A DNA stretch of 64,000 nucleotides from an uncultured bacterium (GTDB lineage: Bacteria; Cloacimonadota; Cloacimonadia; Cloacimonadales; TCS61): contig CBDUTJ010000004.1 of NCBI GenBank assembly GCA_965370415.1, positions 30,665-94,664 on the forward strand, in the 5' to 3' direction. Made by a program: the position numbers and the translations under genes. Positions 1-9,700 of the stretch are shown here, piece by piece. Numbering within the stretch: position 1 is the stretch's first letter; the number at the start of each line of letters is the position of its first letter. A model generated the notes under the pieces. That model saw only the letters and a program-made list of their open reading frames with translations, was not told where the DNA came from and did not search any database.

Positions 1-810
1 AGTGGAAAGATATAAAAGCGGGCGATTGTAAAGCGGCTGACCGAAACCTAATTTCATGATTGTAAGATACAAACCGATGAGAATACCTGCCAGGCTAAAT
101 GTTGATCCGATCCTGCCGAAAAGATACAGCGGACTGTGAATGTATCCTGTAACAAGTTTTACCGTTAACAGGTCAAGAAAACCGCGCAGATATCTTTCTG
201 CTCCGTATTTGGATTTCCCAAATTTGCGTGACCTGTGATGAACTGGAATTTCAGCTACTTTAAATCCTTTGGCGTCAGCCAAAGCAGGGATGTAACGATG
301 CATTTCTCCATAAATGTCCAGCTCTTCGATAACCTCTTTGCGGTACGCTTTGAAGCCACAATTGAAATCATGAAGTTTTAATCCGAATGATGATGATACA
401 ATAGAATTAAATAATTTAGAGGGTCCTGTTTTAGAAATCGGGTCTTTACGTTTCTTCTTCCATCCTGTTACCAGATCAAAACCCTCTTCCAGCTTCTTTA
501 TAAAGTTTGGGATTTCAGTTGCATCGTCCTGCAGGTCTGCATCCATTGTAAAAACAATATCTCCTGTAATTGCATCGAATCCCGATTGCAGTCCGGCTGC
601 TTTGCCAAAGTTTTTTCGGAAGCGGATTATCTTTACATTTTTATCTTTTTTTGCCAGTTCCTGCATGATATCCAAACTGTTGTCTGTAGAGCCGTCATCT
701 ACAAAGATAATTTCGTATTTCATGTTGCCTGTATTTTCGATTATTTCTGAATAAAGTTGTTTCAGGCTCTGGTCTTCGTTATAAACTGGAATTACAAATG
801 ATAATTTCAT
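1..810 (-). CDS. Family-2 glycosyltransferase of the polyprenyl-phosphate sugar transferase type (GtrB/ArnC/DPM1-like); C-terminus runs off the window
   Basis: Not in the ORF track because there is no stop inside the window. My translation from the ATG at 810-808 reads MKLSFVIPVYNEDQSLKQLY...IIFVDDGSTDNS...RFRKNFGKAAGLQSGF...FTMDADLQDD, followed by hydrophobic C-terminal helices. GAGG lies 6 nt upstream of the ATG. Confidence 0.8.
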   Translation of the reverse strand, partial: MKLSFVIPVYNEDQSLKQLYSEIIENTGNMKYEIIFVDDGSTDNSLDIMQELAKKDKNVKIIRFRKNFGKAAGLQSGFDAITGDIVFTMDADLQDDATEIPNFIKKLEEGFDLVTGWKKKRKDPISKTGPSKLFNSIVSSSFGLKLHDFNCGFKAYRKEVIEELDIYGEMHRYIPALADAKGFKVAEIPVHHRSRKFGKSKYGAERYLRGFLDLLTVKLVTGYIHSPLYLFGRIGSTFSLAGILIGLYLTIMKLGFGQPLYNRPLLYLST

Positions 811-834
811 ATTCTACCTCACAATAATGTTTAT

Positions 835-1425
835 CTAAAAAATCAGGTTTACTAAAGACATTACAATTCCTGCTGAAATTGGAATTTTAATGTTATCGTC
901 AACCGGCAGGGGAAAAATTTCAGCAATAGTTGCAGCTACCGCTCCTGCCAGGGCAATAAACGGGTTTAAGAAGAAAAGTGCAAAGATAAAAGTTCCAATA
1001 AAACAAGCCATACTTCCTTCCAAACTCTTATTAGTTCCCAAAAGTTTACGCTTTCCAAAAGGAATTCCCACCAGTGCAGCCAATGTATCGCCTATAGCCA
1101 GGAAAGCAATAGCTACAAAAGCAATATCAGCAGGAAAAACAGCGATGCAGATCAAAGTAGAGATCATCATGTAAGTGGCACCTGTGAAATCGTGAAATTC
1201 ATGCTCACGCAGCATAAGGCCAAAAAAATCCAGGAAAATCCTTTTAACCGTTTTATGCTCTATCCGTGCGATTTCGATTACAAGAGCTATCAATGTAAGT
1301 GGAACCAGAACAATGAAAGCCAGTTTCCTATCATTATGAAATAAATACCGATAGGAAAGCGGCAGGATCAGGGCACTCACATGAATGGTTTTGCGAAAAA
1401 ACTCTCTTTTCTGTTTATCATTCAT
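835..1425 (-). CDS. Polyprenol/phytol/dolichol-kinase-like integral membrane protein (CTP-dependent DGK1/VTE5/Sec59 family)
   Basis: 196 aa and multi-TM. Motifs are FFRKTIH near the N-terminus and IGDTLAALVGIPFGKRKL...NKSLEGSMACF, as in phytol/dolichol kinases. Its ATG overlaps the stop of the upstream reductase gene (ATGA at 1422-1425). Confidence 0.55.
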   Translation of the reverse strand: MNDKQKREFFRKTIHVSALILPLSYRYLFHNDRKLAFIVLVPLTLIALVIEIARIEHKTVKRIFLDFFGLMLREHEFHDFTGATYMMISTLICIAVFPADIAFVAIAFLAIGDTLAALVGIPFGKRKLLGTNKSLEGSMACFIGTFIFALFFLNPFIALAGAVAATIAEIFPLPVDDNIKIPISAGIVMSLVNLIF

Positions 1426-2615
1426 TTCATTTTGATCTTACTTACAATAAAAGCCTTTGCCACATCTATCATCAATTTAGGATCACCTTTCACGGCTTCG
1501 GTGAAAAGCGCTTTCAGACTGAATTTATCTCTGGGGATTTTCTGGCAGAATTCCACGATCCTGTTAAATCGCTCATCGTTCATATTCATAAATTTTTCTT
1601 TCATCAGGAACATGGTTTTCTGCGTTTTACCCAATCTTTTATCCCATTCTTTTCTATACTCTTTCAAGAATTTTTTATCGAACCGTTTTTCTTTTACGGC
1701 TTGAGCTGCCACTTTTCCGGCAATACTACCAGCGATCATTGCCTGTACAACACCACCTCCCGTGATAGGATTAACCTGGCGAGCAGCATCTCCCACCAGC
1801 ATAATGTTATCTTTCACTATTTCATCCAAGGTAGCTGCGGTTGGAACTCCGCCGTACATTGTGTAAGTTATCTTTGCATTAGGAAAGCGTCTCTGCACGA
1901 ATTCATCTAAATATTCTTTAGGTCCTTTTGGGTGGGAAAGATGTCCCGATAAGCCAATACCAACATTGGCGGTATTATCGGATTTCGGAAATATCCAGAT
2001 ATAACCGCCGGGTGAAACTTTGGTCCCAAAATAAAACTCGCAAGTGTCTTTTTCAATATTGATATCGGTGAGTGTATACTGTGCGCAGGTGTCTATGTCT
2101 TCCAGGCGGACAGCTGTTTTAATTCCTGCCCATCTTCCCACGCGGGATTCCACACCATCTGCACCGATAACAATATCACATTTAACTTTTCTTATTTCAC
2201 CTGAATATTTATATTTTACTCCGGCTATTTTCCCATCTTCCCACACCAGGTCAAGAGCATCTGCTTTGGTAATAAGATGTGCTCCATGTTTAGCAGCAAG
2301 TTCACAAAGAGCTGTATCGAAGACCCTTCGTTCCAATACGTAACCTAATCCATTATTATACATTTTGGCCATTTCTCCGTTGGGAGAATGCAATTTTGCC
2401 ACGTCAATGCGGCTTGCTATCCAGCGCTGGTCAATATCGATGAAAGGAGCTATTCCGTTATGAGAAACACCTTCGGCACAACGCACTGGAATGCCCGGTT
2501 CTCGATCACGTTCCAACATTAAAACCGATGCCCCGTTCTCTGCTGCAAACCTGGCAGCCACGCTGCCGGCAGGTCCTGCCCCGATAATAACTATATCATA
2601 TCTATCTTGTACCAT
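1422..2615 (-). CDS. Geranylgeranyl reductase family FAD-dependent oxidoreductase
   Basis: 397 aa. N-terminal dinucleotide fold YDIVIIGAGPAGSVAARFAAENGASVLMLERD, then RCAEGV and the C-terminal GDAA motif (MLVGDAARQVNPITGGG), typical of GGR/ChlP/BchP-type reductases. Confidence 0.85.
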   Translation of the reverse strand: MVQDRYDIVIIGAGPAGSVAARFAAENGASVLMLERDREPGIPVRCAEGVSHNGIAPFIDIDQRWIASRIDVAKLHSPNGEMAKMYNNGLGYVLERRVFDTALCELAAKHGAHLITKADALDLVWEDGKIAGVKYKYSGEIRKVKCDIVIGADGVESRVGRWAGIKTAVRLEDIDTCAQYTLTDINIEKDTCEFYFGTKVSPGGYIWIFPKSDNTANVGIGLSGHLSHPKGPKEYLDEFVQRRFPNAKITYTMYGGVPTAATLDEIVKDNIMLVGDAARQVNPITGGGVVQAMIAGSIAGKVAAQAVKEKRFDKKFLKEYRKEWDKRLGKTQKTMFLMKEKFMNMNDERFNRIVEFCQKIPRDKFSLKALFTEAVKGDPKLMIDVAKAFIVSKIKMK

Positions 2616-2785
2616 TACTCACCTTCCTCGATAGCTTTGATGGGACAAACCTTCAGGCAATTAAGGCAGTTAGTGCATTTTTCATTATCAATTTCAACTA
2701 TGAATTCGGATACAACTATTGCATCAGCAGGGCACACCGCTACACAAGTTCCGCAGATATCACATAGATCTCTATTAATTTTCAT
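2615..2785 (-). CDS. 2x[4Fe-4S] ferredoxin (56 aa), missing from the ORF track
   Basis: My translation is MKINRDLCDICGTCVAVCPADAIVVSEFIVEIDNEKCTNCLNCLKVCPIKAIEEGE, with two CxxCxxCxxxCP motifs. Its TAA overlaps the reductase ATG (TAATG at 2613-2617). At 171 nt it falls below the track's 60-aa cutoff. Confidence 0.75.
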   Translation of the reverse strand: MKINRDLCDICGTCVAVCPADAIVVSEFIVEIDNEKCTNCLNCLKVCPIKAIEEGE

Positions 2786-2799
2786 ATAACCTCAAAAAT

Positions 2800-4371
2800 T
2801 TATAATAAATAATTTGCTTTCCTGTGATCTACCATTTTAAATGAAGAACCCTTGAATTTGAAAACTACATTATAGCACTCATCCGGAAGAAGATTATTAT
2901 TCGATCCTTTTATCTTTACTTTCTGGTAATCCCGTCTGGGAAGGTAATTCTTCATGAGGAAATGTGGATTGGGATTTCCTTTACCGAAAGGCTGCAATAA
3001 TTGATAATCCATCTGGAGATACTCGTCAAATTTATTGAAATCATTGGAAGTAAAAACAGCATCGATGTTAATGCGTCTGTTTTCTTCAATATCTAATTTT
3101 TTTAATTTTACATATTTGCTAAACTTTTTCTGGAAAAGGTCGATGTTTTTTTCCTGCATACTAAAACCTGCCGCCTGGGTGTGTCCACCAAACTGGATCA
3201 GATGTTCCTGGCAGTAAGCAAAAGCATCTACCAGATTAAAGCCTTCCGTACAACGCCCTTCACCTATTATCTTTCCGTTTTTGTGACAAAGAAAAACTAC
3301 CGGGATCTTACAGGTCTTGGAAATTTGAGAAGTACAATAACCAAGCAATTCAACAGGTATTTCACCATTCTTATCAAAATGGATGAAATAAAGTGACGCG
3401 TTTCTGGGCGCTATTTGTTGCAGGTATTTCCGGCTTTTTTTCAATGCTTCCTCTTGCATTTGTTGCCTTTCAATCAGCTTCCTGACAATGATCTCTTTTT
3501 CTTCTGTGGGAGCAAGAAACAGATTCATGGTTAAATTCTGACCGCCTTTCATACGTCCACTTGATAGTATTTTTACAATACGGTTGATAATGAAAATACG
3601 ATTATGATAACTTAGCGCAGGTTTCAGGAATGGTTTAAGCTTTTCCAGAGTCAAATCGTCAAAAGAATGCCAGTTATCTAACACTTCTTTCATGAAGATC
3701 CTGTTCACTCCATCTAATGGCACCTTATCAGCAAAACTTCCCACTGCAACCCAGAAAAGATAGTTTTTATCGAATTCTGTTTGTAATTTTTCTGCAAGTT
3801 TTCGAATAAGAAAATAGATAACACCAACCCCTGCCAGCATGTTAAAAGGATAGTTGCAATCGCTCTGTTTGGGATTGATCACAGCAAAAGCATCGGGAAT
3901 CTTATCATCCAGTATAAGGTGATGATCTGTAATTATAACGTCAGTACCATTTTCCTGAATTTCATGGATAGCATCAAATTCAGAAATACCGCCGTCCACA
4001 GTTATCAGCAATTCTATTTTTTCCTGTTCTATTTTTTCTATAAGTTTTTTCTGAATACCATGACAATCCAACTGACGGTTAGGAATATAATAATAATGGT
4101 TTTGGGAGCCAATCTTTTCCAAGAAGTCGAAGATCAGATAGGTAGAAGTAATACCATCCATATCGTCATGACCGTAGATAATGATCTTCTCTTTTCTATG
4201 AATGGCAAAGATGATCCTTTCCGCAGCTTTATCCAGATCTTTCATCAGAGACATATCCGGAAGATCTTTCAGAGAGGAATAAAGGAAAGATTCCGAGATT
4301 TTTCTGTTCTTCAGGATCTGCTCAAAAATAGAGAGATTACGGCTTTCGTTATAGTTCCACTTGAACTTCAT
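2800..4371 (-). CDS. recJ: Single-stranded-DNA-specific exonuclease RecJ (DHH/DHHA1 phosphoesterase)
   Basis: 523 aa with the DHH-family motifs IIIYGHDDMDGITS, TVDGGIS, ITDHH and GGHTQAAGF. Confidence 0.8.
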   Translation of the reverse strand: MKFKWNYNESRNLSIFEQILKNRKISESFLYSSLKDLPDMSLMKDLDKAAERIIFAIHRKEKIIIYGHDDMDGITSTYLIFDFLEKIGSQNHYYYIPNRQLDCHGIQKKLIEKIEQEKIELLITVDGGISEFDAIHEIQENGTDVIITDHHLILDDKIPDAFAVINPKQSDCNYPFNMLAGVGVIYFLIRKLAEKLQTEFDKNYLFWVAVGSFADKVPLDGVNRIFMKEVLDNWHSFDDLTLEKLKPFLKPALSYHNRIFIINRIVKILSSGRMKGGQNLTMNLFLAPTEEKEIIVRKLIERQQMQEEALKKSRKYLQQIAPRNASLYFIHFDKNGEIPVELLGYCTSQISKTCKIPVVFLCHKNGKIIGEGRCTEGFNLVDAFAYCQEHLIQFGGHTQAAGFSMQEKNIDLFQKKFSKYVKLKKLDIEENRRINIDAVFTSNDFNKFDEYLQMDYQLLQPFGKGNPNPHFLMKNYLPRRDYQKVKIKGSNNNLLPDECYNVVFKFKGSSFKMVDHRKANYLL

Positions 4372-4379
4372 TAGGTACT

Positions 4380-5603
4380 TTACCTGCGGTCTTCCTTAGG
4401 AATATCGCGATGTTCAATCTTTTTAGGGCGTTTCTTGAAAATATCAAATCCGGTTATTCCGAAAGAAAACATCAATGATTCATCACTGAGCCCATGTTTA
4501 TCAATGTCACCACGAATTAGATATTTTATCGCAAGATCAATCTTTTTATTTGGAGATTTAAGTGGAATGGATAACCCAAACGTTAGAGCTTGTTCAGTAA
4601 TTTTTTCCTGATTCTTTTCAAAAGGAAGTTCACGATAATATCCACCAATACGAACTGGAATTCGTTCCAACCAACCACCATAACCACTCAAGGGGTCGTA
4701 AGCCAGTCCGAAACCAATCTTCAGGGAATTCTTATCGTAATATTCAGTATCTTCCCACATTGCATAATAAACATCGAAAGAAGCTTTATATTTATCTATA
4801 AATTTCCAAGTCAGTCCACCTGAAATTCTGGCAGGTATTTCAAATAAAAAATCATCTGTCAGGTCCAGTGTGTCTGCATAGGGAGTATGCCCGTATTTGT
4901 AAATAACCTCTCCTTCCAGTTTAGTATAAGTAGAATAAGTTGTACCCAATGAAAAGTTTTTCAATTTTTTACTAAGACCAACTGTAATTCCGGGATTTTT
5001 AAAGGTCTTCTCGATTTCATATTTTGCGTCTACCATTGTGTATTCATCGAAATCAAGCTTCCAATAACGAATGCGGTGACCGATATAATAATTTACCGCA
5101 ATCCCGAAATTTACATACGGGTTTTTATAAGCATATAATGCATCTGCCCGGTAAACATTTGAACTCAGTTTGTTTGTTTCGATGTAATTCAGAGTATCTC
5201 CAAAATCGCTTGTCCAGATAGTTTCTTTCTCGTTTTCCAAATTACCGCTGTACATAGAATTAAAATTAAACCCGATCCTGTGATTCTTGAGTGGAACAGC
5301 TATGGAGAAATAGGGGAAATAAATCCCGTCATCTCGATACTTGTTGTCATCTGTATCTTTATACCACATCCAGCCCAGGGAAACACCGGTGGAAAAAAGA
5401 ACCTTATTTGTAGTAGTTGCTACAGACGGATTAGTAAAATTTGGGTTAATACGGAAGAGGTCGCACGAACCAGTTTCGCCCATTCCCAGTCCATAAATGT
5501 CATTGCCGTTGTATTCCTGGGGCATACCATCAAAAGAAAAAATTGAATTTCCCATAAGCAGGGAAAATATCAACATTAAGGATATTAAAAAAATATATCG
5601 CAT
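4380..5603 (-). CDS. Outer-membrane beta-barrel protein, function unknown (possibly PorV/PorQ/FadL-like)
   Basis: 407 aa with a signal peptide, alternating aromatic/polar beta-strand pattern and a C-terminal aromatic-rich segment. The GLGMGETGS...NPNFTNPS segment resembles the N-terminal motif of the barrel at 9907-10803. Confidence 0.45.
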   Translation of the reverse strand: MRYIFLISLMLIFSLLMGNSIFSFDGMPQEYNGNDIYGLGMGETGSCDLFRINPNFTNPSVATTTNKVLFSTGVSLGWMWYKDTDDNKYRDDGIYFPYFSIAVPLKNHRIGFNFNSMYSGNLENEKETIWTSDFGDTLNYIETNKLSSNVYRADALYAYKNPYVNFGIAVNYYIGHRIRYWKLDFDEYTMVDAKYEIEKTFKNPGITVGLSKKLKNFSLGTTYSTYTKLEGEVIYKYGHTPYADTLDLTDDFLFEIPARISGGLTWKFIDKYKASFDVYYAMWEDTEYYDKNSLKIGFGLAYDPLSGYGGWLERIPVRIGGYYRELPFEKNQEKITEQALTFGLSIPLKSPNKKIDLAIKYLIRGDIDKHGLSDESLMFSFGITGFDIFKKRPKKIEHRDIPKEDRR

Positions 5604-5843
5604 CTCTTCTCCTATTAGTTATTATCTTTTAGTTATCACAAAAAAATAACATTCTTTTCTTTGTCAATTGGAAGTTAGAAAATTGTGATATCTTTATCCA
5701 AATAATTAATGAATGTTCTTATAAATCAGTTTCAGATAGATTTTCCTTGCCATAAATATGCAATATTTATTTTTAGCTCTCACGGTTGTAGTGAGTTAAA
5801 TCATCATTTACACTGGTGATATGGAAAAGGTTGAGGAGAGAAA

Positions 5844-6404
5844 ATGGCGTCGACTTCCGATATCAGGAATGGCATGATTATCAAGTTCAAGAATGATCTT
5901 TATGAAATTGTTGAATTCCAGCATGTTAAGCCAGGTAAAGGCGCCGCTTTTGTTCGTACAAAACTGAAGAACGTGAAGTCAGGTAAAGTTATCGATAACA
6001 CCTTTCGAACCAGTGAGAAACTGGAATCAGTACGAGTGGAAAAACATAAGAAAGAATATCTTTACTTCGATGGTGAATTCTACGTTTTTATGGATAGCAA
6101 TACCTATGAACAGATACAGGTTGACAAAGAAGTAATTGGTGATAACAAAAAATTCCTTGTCGAGAATATGGAAGTAGCCATGAAGCTCGATCCGGAAGGT
6201 CAAATACTTGGATTAGAACTTCCGGTAACTGTTATCCAGGAAATCACAGAATGCGAGCCCAATGTGAAAGGAAATTCCGCTTCCGTAAGCGGTAAGAAAG
6301 CTGTAACGGATAGAGGATTGAATATTACCGTTCCCTTCTTTATAGAAGTGGGCAATAAAATAAAAGTCGATACCAGAACCGGTGAATATCTGGAAAGAGT
6401 ATAA
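5844..6404 (+). CDS. efp: Translation elongation factor P
   Basis: 186 aa. N-terminus TSDIRNGMIIKFKNDLYEIVEFQHVKPGKGAAFVRTKLKN is the canonical EF-P KOW/loop region. GAGGAG lies upstream. Confidence 0.95.
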   Translation: MASTSDIRNGMIIKFKNDLYEIVEFQHVKPGKGAAFVRTKLKNVKSGKVIDNTFRTSEKLESVRVEKHKKEYLYFDGEFYVFMDSNTYEQIQVDKEVIGDNKKFLVENMEVAMKLDPEGQILGLELPVTVIQEITECEPNVKGNSASVSGKKAVTDRGLNITVPFFIEVGNKIKVDTRTGEYLERV

Positions 6405-6453
6405 ACCGGTAAATGAAAAATATGCTTTAATAAGTATAACATAGGAGAATAAA

Positions 6454-6660
6454 ATGCCAAAAGGAAGATCGTTCGCAGCAAAACTTGCTCACGATATCAG
6501 TACCGTAGGTAAAGTAATCTGTCCTACATGCAACACGGAAATGAAAAGAGTTAAGCTTGTTCGAGCTCGCAAATCCAAGGCAGATAGCTGGACGCCCAAG
6601 TATGAATTCGTTAGCATGTGTAAATGTAATGAAAAAGATATTTTAGCTGGTAAAGTTTAA
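6454..6660 (+). CDS. Small basic zinc-ribbon protein, function unknown
   Basis: 68 aa with CPTC...CKC (4 Cys). AGGAG lies 6 nt upstream, and a good terminator follows. Confidence 0.5.
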   Translation: MPKGRSFAAKLAHDISTVGKVICPTCNTEMKRVKLVRARKSKADSWTPKYEFVSMCKCNEKDILAGKV

Positions 6661-6691
6661 AAAGTCGTTTTACCCATAAACAAGTCAAAAT

Positions 6692-6732
6692 ACCCTCTTG
6701 TCCATACGATAAGAGGGTGTTTGCATATTTTT
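6692..6732 (+). terminator. Rho-independent terminator after the efp / zinc-ribbon gene pair
   Basis: 8-bp stem ACCCTCTT / AAGAGGGT (6692-6699 / 6711-6718) with an 11-nt loop, followed by GTTTGCATATTTTTT. Confidence 0.55.
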
Positions 6733-6745
6733 TCTGGGAGAGTAA

Positions 6746-9700
6746 ATGAAAAAAGTTTTTTGTCTATCTCTAATAATCGGACTAATTAACGTTTTTCTTT
6801 CTGCAGTTCCGTCTGTACCCGGAAAAACTACTGGATTACCAAATTATAAAGAGTATTCTTCTGAAATCTATTCCCGTTCAAATCCAGATAGGAACAGAGA
6901 CCTGCCCCAAAGTATTTTGGCTCTGATGGTGGAATTTAACGATATTACATTTGACCTGATTCCCGACTACCCGGATTCCCTGAAACACGATAAGGAATAT
7001 TTTGAACGACTGCTTTTTCATATGACCTCTTTGTTTGATGACGCCTCGCACGGGCAATATGTTCTTACCGAAGAAAATTACACTGTTTGGGAAAATATCA
7101 TAACTGTTTCTCAGGAAATGGGCTATTATGGTGATGATGATCTTTCTCTGGAACGAGTTTGTGAACTCGTGCAGGAAGTAGTGGAAATTGCAGATGATCA
7201 GTTGGATTTTAATGATTATGATGCAATAATAATTATTCATGCCGGTGCTGGGCAGGAAAGCGATCCCGATATGGAGGAAGAAATTTACAGCACGTTCCTT
7301 AGTCGCAGATCTCTGCAAGCAGGTATCGATCCGGAAAATGATGATTTTCCCGGTATTGAAACAGACGATGGAATTATCTTAAAAGAATTTGCGATAATGC
7401 CGGAAACGGAATGGCAGCCGGATTTTACATTGGGAGATCCCGTCTATGGTCTCCTGGGAGTTATCTGCCACCAGTTCGGCCACCAGATAGGTCTGCCCAC
7501 GCTCTTCGATAATGATAGTGATAATGGGGCTTCTGCCGGTATCGGTTCTTTCGGTTTGATGGGTACAGGAGTATGGAATGCCAATGGTTTTGTCCCTCCG
7601 CTTCCTTGTGCCTGGTCACGTTATTATTTGGGCTGGGAAGATAATAATATTATCGAACTGAATTCATCTTTTGAAAACATGCCGCTTACTTCTCCCACTG
7701 CCGATGATGACGACACACCAAAATTATATAAAATAATTATATCAGATAAAGAGTATTTTCTGCTGGAAAATCGCCAGCAGAACCCGGATGGCAGCATGTT
7801 TGGTGATGATCCTTCTTTCACTTTTGAACTTCTTCCAGAAGGTCAGCAAGATGTATATCCTCCCGGGCACCCTAACGAGGGACAGCCCAAATTCAATTTT
7901 ATGGAAAATACTTACAAAAATTGTGAATGGGACTTTTACCTGCCGGGATTGGGAGGACCGGATTCACCGGTAATAGACGGTTCCGGTATGCTTATCTGGC
8001 ACATCGATGAAAATATAATCGATGCTAATTTTGATCCTGATTTCGAGAGTAACTCTATAAATGCTGATGCTTCCCATAAAGGAATTGACCTTGAAGAAGC
8101 AGATGGTATCCAGCATTTAGACACTGCTTATCAATTCTACAGCTGGGGTTCGCCTTATGATGCTTACCGTGAAGGCAATAACACTTATTTTGGTGATCTT
8201 ACTCATAATGGTTTATACTCTTTACCAACAGCAGAAAGTTACTATGGTGGAAATCTTATCGACATCTTCAATATCGGTGAATCCGATTCTTTGATGACTT
8301 TTTCTGTTCATTATGAATGGTCGCTCAATGCAGATTATATTGGAGAAAATCCCTTTCCTGCTGCAATAATCGACTTCGATGGAGTCGGGAAAAACGAGAT
8401 TTTCTATCCAATGCCAAATGGTAAATTATATTTGTGGAAAGATGATATAGATTATCCGGGATTTCCTCTGAATCTTTCTATTGTTTCAGTACTAAGCGAT
8501 TATTATTCTTTTGATACTGTAACCGGAAGCATTTTTATTCCTGCCGAAACTACAGTAGGTGATAATGCCATGCTATTCCGTATTGATAATGACTTGGAAA
8601 ATCTGCAGGAACTGTGCCTTTTTGAAAACAATCGGGAATGGCTGGCTGCACCGGTAATTAATCCAGATACTACTTTAGCACAAAGAGTGTTTCTTCCACT
8701 TTCGGCATCTTCCGGAACTGGAAGTGAAATAATTGTACTCGATTCACTTTATCAAACCCTGACTTCCTATTCTTTTGATCTGCATATTTCATCCAATTTG
8801 ATGCTGAAAGAGCAAAAACTTTATTTCATTTCAGATGGCTGGAAGCTTGTTAAGATCGATATAATCAGCGAAGAAACTGAAATAACTGATTTGAGCATAA
8901 TTGATCCTCTACCTGTAATCCATTCCGCATTACTGGTAGATATCGACGGTGATGAAACAGACGAGATCATAGTTGTAACCGACAACTGTGCTGTTTACTG
9001 TTTTAAGCAGACAGGAGAGCTGAGAAACGGCTTTCCCGCAGAAATAGAACTAAATGCTGTTTCTATTCCTTCTATTGCAGATGTGGATAATAACGGGTTT
9101 CTTGACATCCTGATAGGTGGTGAAAATACATTTGCTGTGGTTAATAAAAATGGAGATGTTTTTCAACCGCAGGAAGTAATTTCTGATCCCGATTCCACTT
9201 TTACTACTGCTGGTGTTATTGCTTTTGATATCGATAATGATGGTGATCTGGAGATACTGGGAAATATGTCGCGCAATAGACTTTGCGTATGGGAAAACCT
9301 GAACAATTCCAACTTTGAGTTAAACAGGAATTATCCGGTTTCATTTGGTGAACGTAGTCTGAATTATCCACTCATTTCAGGCTCGGAAAACGAAAATATC
9401 TATGTATACATTCCAAGTAATAACGGTACGATTTTCCGTTCTAATCTTCTCTTTGCAGAATTTGATGATATTGTACAAACTGCCTGGAAAATTGAATATG
9501 CCAATCTGCAAAGAACCGCTTCCTACCTGGATACAACATCACTACCTTCTTATCCAGCAAAAAAAGTATTCAACAAAGCTAAAACTTATTTCTATCCCAA
9601 TCCGCTCAACAGGATATTTTCAAAGGGTATAGATTTTAATAATAATGTTCCTGAATTCACTATAATTTTAAGGATCGAAACTTACGTGGATACAGATGTG

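Noticed and set aside
3919-4374. 151-aa plus-strand ORF
   Set aside because: It is antisense to recJ, which has all the DHH motifs. It is a shadow ORF.
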